From Cloacimonetes bacterium SCGC AAA252-N17 (GTDB taxonomy: Bacteria > Cloacimonadota > Cloacimonadia > JGIOTU-2): a stretch of DNA of 64,000 nt. The first letter of the stretch is position 1. Every line of letters begins with the position of its first letter. The DNA is taken from assembly GCA_000404785.1 (NCBI GenBank), contig ASNI01000007.1:181-64180 (forward strand). The letters run 5' to 3'. Below are positions 18,314 to 27,700 of the stretch, piece after piece. A program made the position numbers and the translations under genes. Below the pieces are notes generated by a model. It saw only the letters and a list, made by a program, of their open reading frames with translations, searched no databases and was not told where the DNA came from.

Positions 18314-18850
18314 ATGAGCACAAAAAAAAGAATATTAGATGAAAAAGAGATAGAGAGAATTCTCAAGCGTCTTGCCAATGAGGTTATTGAGAAAAATAAA
18401 GGATGTGAGGGTCTTTACATTGTTGGTATTCATACTCGCGGAGTACCTCTTGCAAAACGTATAGCTCATTATATTGAGAAATTTGAAAATGAGAAAATAC
18501 ATGTTGGTTCACTTGATATAACCCTGTATCGGGATGATCTTGCATATATCGAGCATCAGCCGGTCATTCAGGATTCCATTCTCAATTTTGATATTGAGGG
18601 CAAGCATATTCTGCTGGTTGACGATGTGCTCAATACCGGCAGAACTGCACGAGCTGCGCTGAACGCGATCCTTGATTACGGCAGACCTGCCTTTATCCAG
18701 CTTCTTGTTATCATTGATAGGGGCAACAGAGAGCTTCCTATTCAGGCAGATTTTGTAGGCAAACACCTGCCGACCGCAAAAATCGAGTCAGTGCAGGTTC
18801 ATCTGAAGGAAGTTGACGAAGCAGATGAAGTTCTCATCATAAAAGACTAG
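18314..18850 (+). CDS. pyrR: Bifunctional pyr operon regulator / uracil phosphoribosyltransferase
   Basis: The PRTase motif is ILLVDDVLNTGRTARAAL and the length (178 aa) fits PyrR. It sits between pyrD and pyrF. Confidence 0.9.
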   Translation: MSTKKRILDEKEIERILKRLANEVIEKNKGCEGLYIVGIHTRGVPLAKRIAHYIEKFENEKIHVGSLDITLYRDDLAYIEHQPVIQDSILNFDIEGKHILLVDDVLNTGRTARAALNAILDYGRPAFIQLLVIIDRGNRELPIQADFVGKHLPTAKIESVQVHLKEVDEADEVLIIKD

Positions 18851-18860
18851 GAAAAATGGT

Positions 18861-19667
18861 ATGAATTTTAAAGAAAAATATTATCATATTGTAGAAAAGA
18901 ATAATTCGCTGGTGTGTGTGGGGCTGGATTCCGATATTGAGAAAATTCCCGCGTTCTTAAAAAATGAATTTGAGTTTCCTCAATGGGAATTCAACAGAAG
19001 GATCATCGATATGACAAAGGATTCTGTAGCAGCATACAAGCCGAATTTTGCATTTTATATCTCTCAGGGAGTTCGCGGGATCGAAAGTTTGCAGAAAACA
19101 ATCTCTTATATTCCTGATGATATTCCAATTATTCTGGATGTGAAGATCGGGGATATCGGTAACACAATGAAGCATTATGCAAAGGCATATTTTGATGCCT
19201 TCGAAGTTGATGCGGTTACAGTAAATCCGCTGATGGGTTATGATGTCATCGATCCCTTTTCAACATATCCTGAAAAATATCTGTTCCTTCTTGCGCTCAC
19301 TTCCAATCCTTCCAATACTGATTTTCTAAACTCAGAGTATAAATTATATGAAGGGATTTGCGAGAAAATTCAGGAGTGGGATCAGGATAATCTTGGGGTG
19401 GTTGTTGGTGCCACGAATGACGAAGAAATGAGAACGATCAGGGGAATGCTGCCAGATGCACTTTTTCTCGTTCCCGGAATTGGCGCTCAAGGTGGCGACC
19501 TCGAAAAAGTGATGAAATATACAACCGGCAAGAAACATCCGAATATACTTATAAATTCCTCAAGAGGGATCATCTTTTCTTATTCAAAAGATAAAGAGAA
19601 GGATTTTGATGTTGCAGCTCGAAATGCGTGCAGACAGTTGCAGGATAAAATAAATAGGTATATGTAA
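18861..19667 (+). CDS. pyrF: Orotidine 5'-phosphate decarboxylase (long, type 2 form)
   Basis: Motifs VGLDS, DVKIGDIGNT and PGIGAQGGD are present. The gene is 268 aa. Confidence 0.9.
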   Translation: MNFKEKYYHIVEKNNSLVCVGLDSDIEKIPAFLKNEFEFPQWEFNRRIIDMTKDSVAAYKPNFAFYISQGVRGIESLQKTISYIPDDIPIILDVKIGDIGNTMKHYAKAYFDAFEVDAVTVNPLMGYDVIDPFSTYPEKYLFLLALTSNPSNTDFLNSEYKLYEGICEKIQEWDQDNLGVVVGATNDEEMRTIRGMLPDALFLVPGIGAQGGDLEKVMKYTTGKKHPNILINSSRGIIFSYSKDKEKDFDVAARNACRQLQDKINRYM

Positions 19668-19669
19668 TT

Positions 19670-20539
19670 CGAAATGACAGAATAGCACGCCAGTCTTCTT
19701 CCGATCCCAGTGAAATAGAAAGCAGAGATTTCACGGGACAGATAAATCGGAATACGCCTTGGCAGGCAGACCCACGCAGATTGAGCAGATTTCCGCAGAT
19801 AACAACATTGAAAAATTATTCTTGTGATAAGTAATTTACCTGAGTAGTCAGGGATCATTCCCTGACTGTCGTGAGTGTGCCATGGAGTGGTCCACGACAC
19901 CTCGAAACTACGAGTACTTGCTTCGTGGCGAAGCATGAAGCGAGGATGTCGAGAAACCATCGTAATTAACAGTCCTCGAATCACACTTTTAACCAGTGAA
20001 ATCTGTTTTTTATTTCACAGTGTCACTTCGTTAGCTGCGATTCAAGTCCAAAATTACAGGTGGCTTTGCGAAAGTTGGATTCCTTTCGCAAAGTTAAAAT
20101 AATCAGAAGAAAATCTACGGTGGATCAAGGGTAATCAACCCCACATTTCCAGAAATGTTTAAAAAAAACCATTGTCATCCTTGAGAGAGCGAAGTGACCG
20201 AAGGATCTCCCTGAAAGATAGTTTAACGTTTTTACGAGATTCTTCGCTGCGCTCAAGAATGACAATTATTTATGCGAGATTCTTCGCGGATGCATTCGCT
20301 ACGCTCAGCACATGGTTTATACTGAGCAAAGCGAATGTATTCCAGAATGACAATTCCCTTTCTTTGTTATTCCCACTCCCTACCTTCGCGAGGACAAGCT
20401 TTTCGGGAATGACAGCCGTTTTTTTTCGGGAGTCTTCTGAAATAAAGGCAATCAGCCCTATTATGACCTACCGTTCTGATCCGCAAGATCATCCCGCACA
20501 AGCAAGCTTGGACATACTGGCGAACGCCTGTTTTATAAT
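19670..20539. repeat. ~0.87-kb intergenic island built from short repeat modules and hairpins
   Basis: It shares an 18-bp and a 27-bp identical block with 54651-54696. It also has the hairpin CTTTGCGAAAG-N8-CTTTCGCAAAG (~20053-20092), several GAATGACA-ending modules (20173-20414) and an ATTCCC...GGGAATGACA module (20369-20414). ORFs called here are low-complexity translations of the repeats. Confidence 0.75.
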
Positions 20540-21217
20540 TTATTTTATGATAAGTTCGCATTCCGAAGATGATGCGATCCAGTAAGCAAGAGGTACTTCA
20601 ATAATATAGATATCCGGCAATTCAATATAGGAAATATCGTATGATTCATCAGCATTTTTGAAGGTCACAGACTCTATCTCATCAATAACATTTCGGTTAA
20701 TTGTCAAACGATACAGAGCAGTGGCCATGAATGCAGCGCCCATCTGATCTCCACCACCACTTTCTTCATCACTTTGAGGGAATTTGATATAGATCCCTTC
20801 ATCATCCACGAGTGGGAAAAGTGCAGGGGCATTTGATCTTTTGAGTTTTTTGTAATCCTTGCTCTTGGTGTCAACACTCATATACATCTCATATCCGCAT
20901 TCAACATCGTTGTCCGCTTTCACGAAACGTGCTTCGATATTTTCAGGAAAACCGCTAATAATATTTCCTTCATTATATTTGAATATATCTTCACAGGGAT
21001 TGTCATCCGATTTATTGCCACCCATGCTGCTGGCCATTTCAAACACGCTTTTGCTCACTGTAAATTTTACGAACACATTGAGTTCATTTCCCTCTTTGGA
21101 AATGTGCTGAGTGATGTTAAAACAACCTGAAAGAAGCAAAACGATTAAGCTGAATACAATAATTCCAATCGCTTTTTTCCTTTTAATGACAGGATGAAAC
21201 TTTTCTTTTTTGTTCAT
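20540..21217 (-). CDS. Lipoprotein of unknown function
   Basis: The start is moved to the ATG at 21217, which is preceded by TAGGAGAAAAA. The signal peptide with lipobox reads IVFSLIVLLLSGC. I recognise no family. Confidence 0.6.
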   Translation of the reverse strand: MNKKEKFHPVIKRKKAIGIIVFSLIVLLLSGCFNITQHISKEGNELNVFVKFTVSKSVFEMASSMGGNKSDDNPCEDIFKYNEGNIISGFPENIEARFVKADNDVECGYEMYMSVDTKSKDYKKLKRSNAPALFPLVDDEGIYIKFPQSDEESGGGDQMGAAFMATALYRLTINRNVIDEIESVTFKNADESYDISYIELPDIYIIEVPLAYWIASSSECELIIK

Positions 21218-21276
21218 TTTTTCTCCTAAGTTTATAATTGAGTCCATTCTAAAAAGTTAAATTAAATAAATCGAGA

Positions 21277-21372
21277 AACCGTTAAAACGGTTAATGTTTT
21301 TTTGTTTCATTAACCACCAACTTAAGTTGGTGGTTAATAAGAAGATAGTAACTTTCAACCGATTCATCGGTT
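21277..21372. repeat. Cluster of three palindromic hairpins
   Basis: The three are AACCGTTAAAACGGTT (21277-21292), a perfect 28-bp palindrome TTAACCACCAACTTAAGTTGGTGGTTAA (21310-21337), and AACCGATTCATCGGTT (21357-21372). Confidence 0.8.
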
Positions 21373-21449
21373 TCCAAATATTTGAGAATTTTTCTAACAT
21401 ATTTATAATCACAACTTTTTAGAGTAACCTCATTATTTTTTTACAAACT

Positions 21450-21929
21450 TTACACTCGTGCTTCGAGTATTAGCTCATTTTTATAGGTAAATATCTTAAA
21501 TGTCATTGCATCTCTCAATGTTATAATGCCATAGGTTGCAATGCATCCCTTATCTTCCTTTGCACGCAGATGTCCCGGATTGAACCGGATGCCGAAAATA
21601 CTTTTTGAGCATTCCCAATTATGCGTATGCCCGAAAAGAAACACGTCAGCGGAACTGAGCAGGTCATCGGGAGAATGGGCAATGAGGAATTTCTTTTTTT
21701 CAATCTCTATTTCCAGCACATGTGGGAGCTTTCCATTCCTGTATTCTGGATAAAAAATTCCGGGTACGCGATACACTTTTCTTCCTCTTCTGTTATAAAC
21801 ACAGGAATCCAGATCTTCATAATTATCTCCAAGATGGATTATCACATCGACAAGAAGATTGCTGTCCAGCACATGCTGCAACATTTCATGGTTTCCGTGA
21901 ATGTCACTAACTACGAGTATTTCTTTCAT
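21450..21929 (-). CDS. YfcE/MJ0936-type metallophosphoesterase
   Basis: Motifs VVSDIHGN, LGDNYED, HSPDD and GHTH are present in a 159-aa protein. Confidence 0.85.
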   Translation of the reverse strand: MKEILVVSDIHGNHEMLQHVLDSNLLVDVIIHLGDNYEDLDSCVYNRRGRKVYRVPGIFYPEYRNGKLPHVLEIEIEKKKFLIAHSPDDLLSSADVFLFGHTHNWECSKSIFGIRFNPGHLRAKEDKGCIATYGIITLRDAMTFKIFTYKNELILEARV

Positions 21930-21959
21930 AAGATACCTTTTGTATTTATATATTAATAC

Positions 21960-22920
21960 TTAATCCGAAAAGAAAAACAGGAACAGAATACGATTTACGG
22001 CTCAAGGACATAGGTTCCGTTTCTTTCAATAAAAAATATCAATTCTAAAAATTTGCGTCAATATTTTGATAAGAATTAAGGATACATTTCATATTTCCAG
22101 ATCGATAATAGAATACAAAGAGTGTCAGTCTGAGCTTGCCTGCTCGGGTGTAACGAAGTGGAGACCAGTCGAAGACTTAACAACCTAAAACTAAAGCAAG
22201 TATTACATGCTTCGAGAACCCCAGCATGACATTGAATAATTTTATTCATGGGCTTTTTAGAGAATCTACGCCAAAATTATTAGTCACTTAATTCTAAAAT
22301 CCTTGCATTTTTTGGCAAAAGATTTTTAGCAACTAACAAACACTAACAACAACGAACTTTTTTTATTTTTTGTTAGATTTTGTTCGTTTTGTTCGTTGCT
22401 AATTCTTTGGTTTCGGTTTATCCGAGTTAGTCACTTAATTCTATAATTCTGCTATTTTTTGGCAGAAAAATTTCATCTAATTCTGTGAAGCCTTTATTGA
22501 TAAGTGTTTATATCATTTAAATTTTATCCCAACTTTTTATATATTATTTTTTATCTTTCTCTGTGTTCTCTGTGGTGAATTCTTTTTTGTTTCGGTTTAT
22601 CCGAGTTAGGGTATGTCTGTTTAATCAGCGAAAATCTGCCCATATCTGCATGCTATTATTATTTAATAAACTCGTATTGATCATTAATTACATCACACTT
22701 TCTCATTTTTAACAAAAAAACTGGATTCCCGTCCCCAATCCGCCAGCTGGCGGAGGACAAGCTTTCACGGGAATGACATGTCCTTTTGTTTTTTAAAAGA
22801 TTTCTCCAAAAGATTGGGTAGTAATTTTCAGCATTAAATATACCGCTATTCATTTATTGATGAACTTCTATAAATTAATTTTCTAATTTTTGGAGGTATG
22901 CCTGTTTGATAAGAATTAAA
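21960..22920. repeat. ~0.96-kb intergenic island of repeat modules
   Basis: It contains an inverted diverged copy of the 55-bp module (~22132-22189). A 17-bp direct repeat TTAGTCACTTAATTCTA occurs at 22280 and 22427. A 21-bp direct repeat GTTTCGGTTTATCCGAGTTAG occurs at 22410 and 22589. It also has a CTCTGTG array (22559-22577) and a nested hairpin module (22723-22778). Confidence 0.75.
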
Positions 22921-22922
22921 TT

Positions 22923-24707
22923 CTAAAATGCCTGCCCCAGACTGAAGTAAAGCTTGCCTGATGGCTCACCGTTTTTTGGGAACCAGTTAAATCCATAATC
23001 ACAACGCACTACGCCGAGGGGAGTAGCTATACGTAGTCCAATGCCAGGAGAACTTCGCATCGGCTGCTTTTTTATATCCTTCATATAATTCCAAACATTC
23101 CCGAAATCAAAAAATATCACTCCACCAAGTGCTTTGTAGATAGTCTGTCTTATCTCAATATTATTTACGAGCTTATACCTTCCGCCAATTGGAAGCTCCT
23201 TATTGTCCAGCGGTCCGACTTTTCTATAATTGAAACCACGCAGGGAGTGAGGACCGCCTGCATAAAATCTCTCGTTAAGTGGAATGTTTGTGGAATTTCC
23301 GAAAAGTGTAAGTCCGCCTGCTTCAAGTGAGAGGGCTATAATTGTGGTATGTGTGATCGGTTCATAATATTTTCCATGAAGGACCAATCTGCCGAAAACA
23401 TTAGTAGTTTTTTCATAGGAAGTTGCAATTTCACTATCGAAGGAAAGCACATGCCCGCTTGTAGTATTGAATATATTATCCCTGTCATCGTGAATTGCAG
23501 AAAGGGTCAGAGAATTTAAATTGGAATTATATTTATCTGGTAATTCCTGCACTTTCACATGACTGAAGTGTGCTCTTTCATACCTGTATGCAATGGACGC
23601 ACTGGAATATTTGGAAAGGGATTTCCCTACGATCACCTTCCCCCCGTATTCCGAAACATCGTAGCCGGGCTCTTCATTATATGTCGCAAATAGGTTCACA
23701 TCGGTATTTAGCTTGATACCAAAGGTCCATGGCTCGGTATAAGACACTTCGATCTTTCGAGTAATATAACTTAGTTTCCCGATCAAACTAACTTTTTGTG
23801 CAGTTCCCCACAGATCGCTATAGAGCAGTTCCGCAAAAATACGGGCTTTATCAAGGGAACCATACCCAACCCCTATATTGAATTCTCCAGGAACTTTCTC
23901 TTTGATCTCGATAAGGATATCCTTCTGTGAGCTTAACGAATCTATGGTCACTGGTCTTATAAAAATGCTTTCAAACAGACCTGTAAGATACAACGCTCTC
24001 TGGGATGCGAGCAGTTTGTAATAATTCACGATCTCGCCGGACTTGAAATTCAGATCACGTATAATGATCTTTTTCTTTGTGATCTTCAAACCTTGAATAA
24101 TGATATTCCCTATTGAAAACTGCTCATGCTCGGTTATTTGGAAATCAATAAGTGCTCGATGATGTTCATCATTTACACGGATATCAGGCACCACTTCTGC
24201 ATCCAGAAATCCATCATTGGCATACATTGTGAGCAAAACATAGGTTGCATCCTGAACTTTTTTCTGCTGAAGCAGGCGACCTGTATGCAGACCGATTTTT
24301 TCTATAAGAGTTGAGTCAGAAAAAACAGTATTTCCGAAAATCGCCATACCCTCAATATATGTGGGTTCACCTTCAAAAACCTGAATGACTATTGAAAGCT
24401 GTTTTTTCTCCTCGTTTCTCTCGAGTGAATAATCACTTATTTTCGCCTGCAGATAGCCATTCTGATGGTAGAAAAGTGCAAGATTCTTCAGGTCTTCACT
24501 AAAAATTTCTGGATAGTAATAGGCGAGGCTCAAAAATTTGGACGCTCTGGTCACCATTACTTTTTGCAAAGTACGGGATTGATACACATTGTTCCCTTCA
24601 AAAGTAATAGAAGTAATCTTGAAGGCATTTTTCTCAGCATGGAGTCCTGAAGTTATGACCATAAGTATGATGATAATAAGCACTGAGAGTGAGTATCTTT
24701 TTCTCAT
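22923..24707 (-). CDS. tamA: Omp85-family outer-membrane protein (TamA/BamA-like, POTRA + beta-barrel)
   Basis: A signal peptide and POTRA-like N-terminus are followed by a C-terminal barrel ending in the aromatic residue ...LYFSLGQAF. The start overlaps the TamB-like gene by 4 nt. Confidence 0.8.
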   Translation of the reverse strand: MRKRYSLSVLIIIILMVITSGLHAEKNAFKITSITFEGNNVYQSRTLQKVMVTRASKFLSLAYYYPEIFSEDLKNLALFYHQNGYLQAKISDYSLERNEEKKQLSIVIQVFEGEPTYIEGMAIFGNTVFSDSTLIEKIGLHTGRLLQQKKVQDATYVLLTMYANDGFLDAEVVPDIRVNDEHHRALIDFQITEHEQFSIGNIIIQGLKITKKKIIIRDLNFKSGEIVNYYKLLASQRALYLTGLFESIFIRPVTIDSLSSQKDILIEIKEKVPGEFNIGVGYGSLDKARIFAELLYSDLWGTAQKVSLIGKLSYITRKIEVSYTEPWTFGIKLNTDVNLFATYNEEPGYDVSEYGGKVIVGKSLSKYSSASIAYRYERAHFSHVKVQELPDKYNSNLNSLTLSAIHDDRDNIFNTTSGHVLSFDSEIATSYEKTTNVFGRLVLHGKYYEPITHTTIIALSLEAGGLTLFGNSTNIPLNERFYAGGPHSLRGFNYRKVGPLDNKELPIGGRYKLVNNIEIRQTIYKALGGVIFFDFGNVWNYMKDIKKQPMRSSPGIGLRIATPLGVVRCDYGFNWFPKNGEPSGKLYFSLGQAF

Positions 24708-27700
24708 TTGAAATTCACTCTGTATATCATATCGATGCCTGCATTGCCTTCCTGGTCTGCCTGTCCCTGTAAATAGAAGTGATCACTGAGCTTATAATCG
24801 AGCTTGATGCTCTGCTCGTTCAGATAACCGACACGTGTGGAATAGGTTACTTTCATGAGTTTTGAGAGCTGCTTGGAAGCCACGAGCTGGGGTCCCCATG
24901 AATCGCCAAAATTAAAGAGGTTCCCCTCAATAGAAACATCATCAAGATCAAAAATGTTTGATATTTTACCTGCAACAAATCCGGAGATCTTTTGGCTCGA
25001 ATACTGCTCCGCACGCTCAAGTAAAATATCTTTGAGAGAAGTGTTATACTTATCAGGTGTTTGAGAGAAAATCTGCTCGCGGGTAGTTCCGAAAGTAAGT
25101 AGAGAAAATATATTCGCTTCATCGAGGGCTGGAATGGATTGAAGCGTTATTGTAGCTTTGTCTGCCGGTCCTGTCACTGCAAATATAATATGATAGGGCT
25201 CTGCATTGGGCTGTTCGTAATTTTTTATATCAGTTTCCGCCTGAATATCCAGAATGGGATTGATGACATTTGGATCGGTAAAATCAATAATTCCGCGTGT
25301 GATCTCAAATTTTCTATCAAGATAAACGATATAACCTTCAGTCGTCTCAATGCGTCCTGTAAGATTTGGCTGAGCCAATGTGCCGATAACACCCACATCG
25401 GCTTTTAAGCGGATACGCGCAAGGTTGTTATCTATCCAGATATCCTTGCTATCTGATATACGCACATTCAGTTTGGTCTGCATCATAAGCTGGGAGGATT
25501 TGCGTAATATCTTTGGCTTACTCATGGAATCGAGCATTTTTGATATCTGGACATCCTCAAGATATTTTGTTTTTCCCATCACCACACTCCCCTCGATAAG
25601 ATAGCCGTTTTTTTGCTGACTGTAATCTAATGTGCAGCTTTTTACATTAAACTGATATTTTTTAGACTCCGTTAACGCAATATTCTCTGCTTCAAAGTGA
25701 AAAGCGATATCCTTGATTGTACCATTGCTGTACTCGACATATCCGGAACTCCTTATCGAACCTTGGTCGAACATGCATTGAAATTTTTGTAGAGTAACCT
25801 GCTCATCGGTAACGTATATATTGAGGGAGCATTTTGAGAGCGGAACATGAATATCAGTTGGAAGAATATCAATATTGTCAGCTTTTACCCATCCTCTAAA
25901 CCTGGGAGTACTCATCGTTCCTTGTATGTTCACTGATGCATTAACAGAGCCCTGTGCATTCATGATGGCAGGAGTTAACGTTTCAATAAATGCAATATCA
26001 AAGTCATCAAGCGAGATGTGAATGTCCAAATCTTCCTGCTGAAAAGTGCCTTTCAAACATACTGCCTGCATCCCGTTGATTGACAGCGCAATATCCGGCG
26101 AGAAAGAACTCCAATCCGACTCAGAAATGCTACCGGTAAGAGAAAAGGTTTTACCTTCGTAAAGACCGGTGCATTCATTAATATTCATAATGCTATCAGA
26201 GAATATCATAACTGCATCGAGATTTTCAATCGGTGATTTATGTTTATCTAATTGAAGAAAGCCGTTTTTTATTCTAAGCGAGCCATTGACAGAGGGTGCA
26301 GCAAGCGTACCGCTGACCTGTACTGTGGAAGTAAGAGTTCCTTTAACCTGTATTGCATCGAGGAACTCTCTGGCAAAATCCGACAACTGCACCTCAGAAA
26401 GCGTTATCTCACCCTGAAGCGTACTTTGCGGACTGACTGCAAGACCTCCTTTGCTTTCATCCAATTCAAGCTTTCCCCGAATGCGGATCTCATTTTTAAA
26501 AAGCTGAACAACTCCACTGCTAAGTATGATCTCTGATGGAGTGAGATTTCCCTGAAGCGAGATATTATCTATGAAAAGATCTTTATATGCCGGTTTATCT
26601 ATGGTGAGAAATATTGAACCAGTGGGCTTTTCCGTTGTACCCTCAAAGGATACATTCCCGGACACACTTCCCTGAATTCCAGCCAATGAATCTGAAAAAG
26701 CGCCCAGCATTTCAAGAGAGAGTCCTTTCAAATTTGCTTTCAAAGAAATATCTTCTGCAATTGAGAAACTGCTCTCGATTGAACCTAAGTGATCTTTTAT
26801 ATGCTTATCATTCTTTTTGAAATCTATAGAAATATTTCCTGATCGTTCTGATAATGAGAAAGAACCCTTTGCTTCACATCGTACTTTTTCAGTATCTATA
26901 TGCAGTGTATTCACTGAAATATCTGAATTTTTTGCAGTACATTCAAGCACAAAAGAAGGCACGAAAAAGTTCTGATATTTGACACTATCCGCATGCAATG
27001 AGAAGTTGCCGGAGAAATCTTCCAATGTGCCGGATATCGATCCTCTATATTGAGCTTGTCCGAGCACTTCTTCACTCATAAAAGCTGTTGTGAGTGGAGC
27101 AAGAGACTCAATCTTACCTGTGAAAGAACTGCTCTTTATAAGTAAAGAACTGTCAGCATATTGGATTTCTGCATACAAAGAATCTACAGGGAACTGCCTG
27201 TAGGACAGTCCGATTCCCTTAACTTTTGCATGAATTTCAGGATTGGACAACCTGCCTGTAAAGTCTGCATCTGCATATAATTTTCCTTTTGCTTCCAATA
27301 GATTGAAAAGTCCGGCAAGATACTCAATCTCTTGAATATCAATCGTCGCTTTCCCAGAAAGTATTGAATCTTGTATTGCAACTTGTGCGCTTATCGAAGA
27401 TGTACCTTGTGTGAGTGTGAATTCTCCCTGATCATTACAATAAGAAAAGCTTGTTTTCAGATCATTAATCTTCTTGTCTTTAAATTTAAAATTATCACTT
27501 TTTATACTTCCCTGAACTTTAGATTGTAATAGTGCTGACAATGATCCACTTGCACTTACTGCCCCATTGATACGACCTGCATATTGCGAATCTGTAAGGT
27601 AGAGAAATTCCCAAAACGAGGAGATATTTATTTGAGCAAATGATGTTTCAATATCATAGATACCGATACTATCAAGCGAAATAAAACCCTTCGCTTTGAG

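Noticed and set aside
19580-20585. ORFs 19580..19984 (-), 19875..20102 (+) and 20172..20585 (+), and similarly 22659..22853, 39196..39432 and 60938..61135
   Set aside because: They lie entirely in repeat mosaics and have no RBS. They encode low-complexity strings that are direct translations of the repeat modules, for example SASWRI from CCGCCAGCTGGCGG.
22280-22610. Direct repeats of 17 and 21 bp spaced ~150-180 bp apart looked briefly like a degenerate CRISPR or tandem array
   Set aside because: Each occurs only twice. The spacing is far larger and less regular than CRISPR, the repeats are of two different kinds, and no cas genes are present. They fit the mosaic repeat family better.
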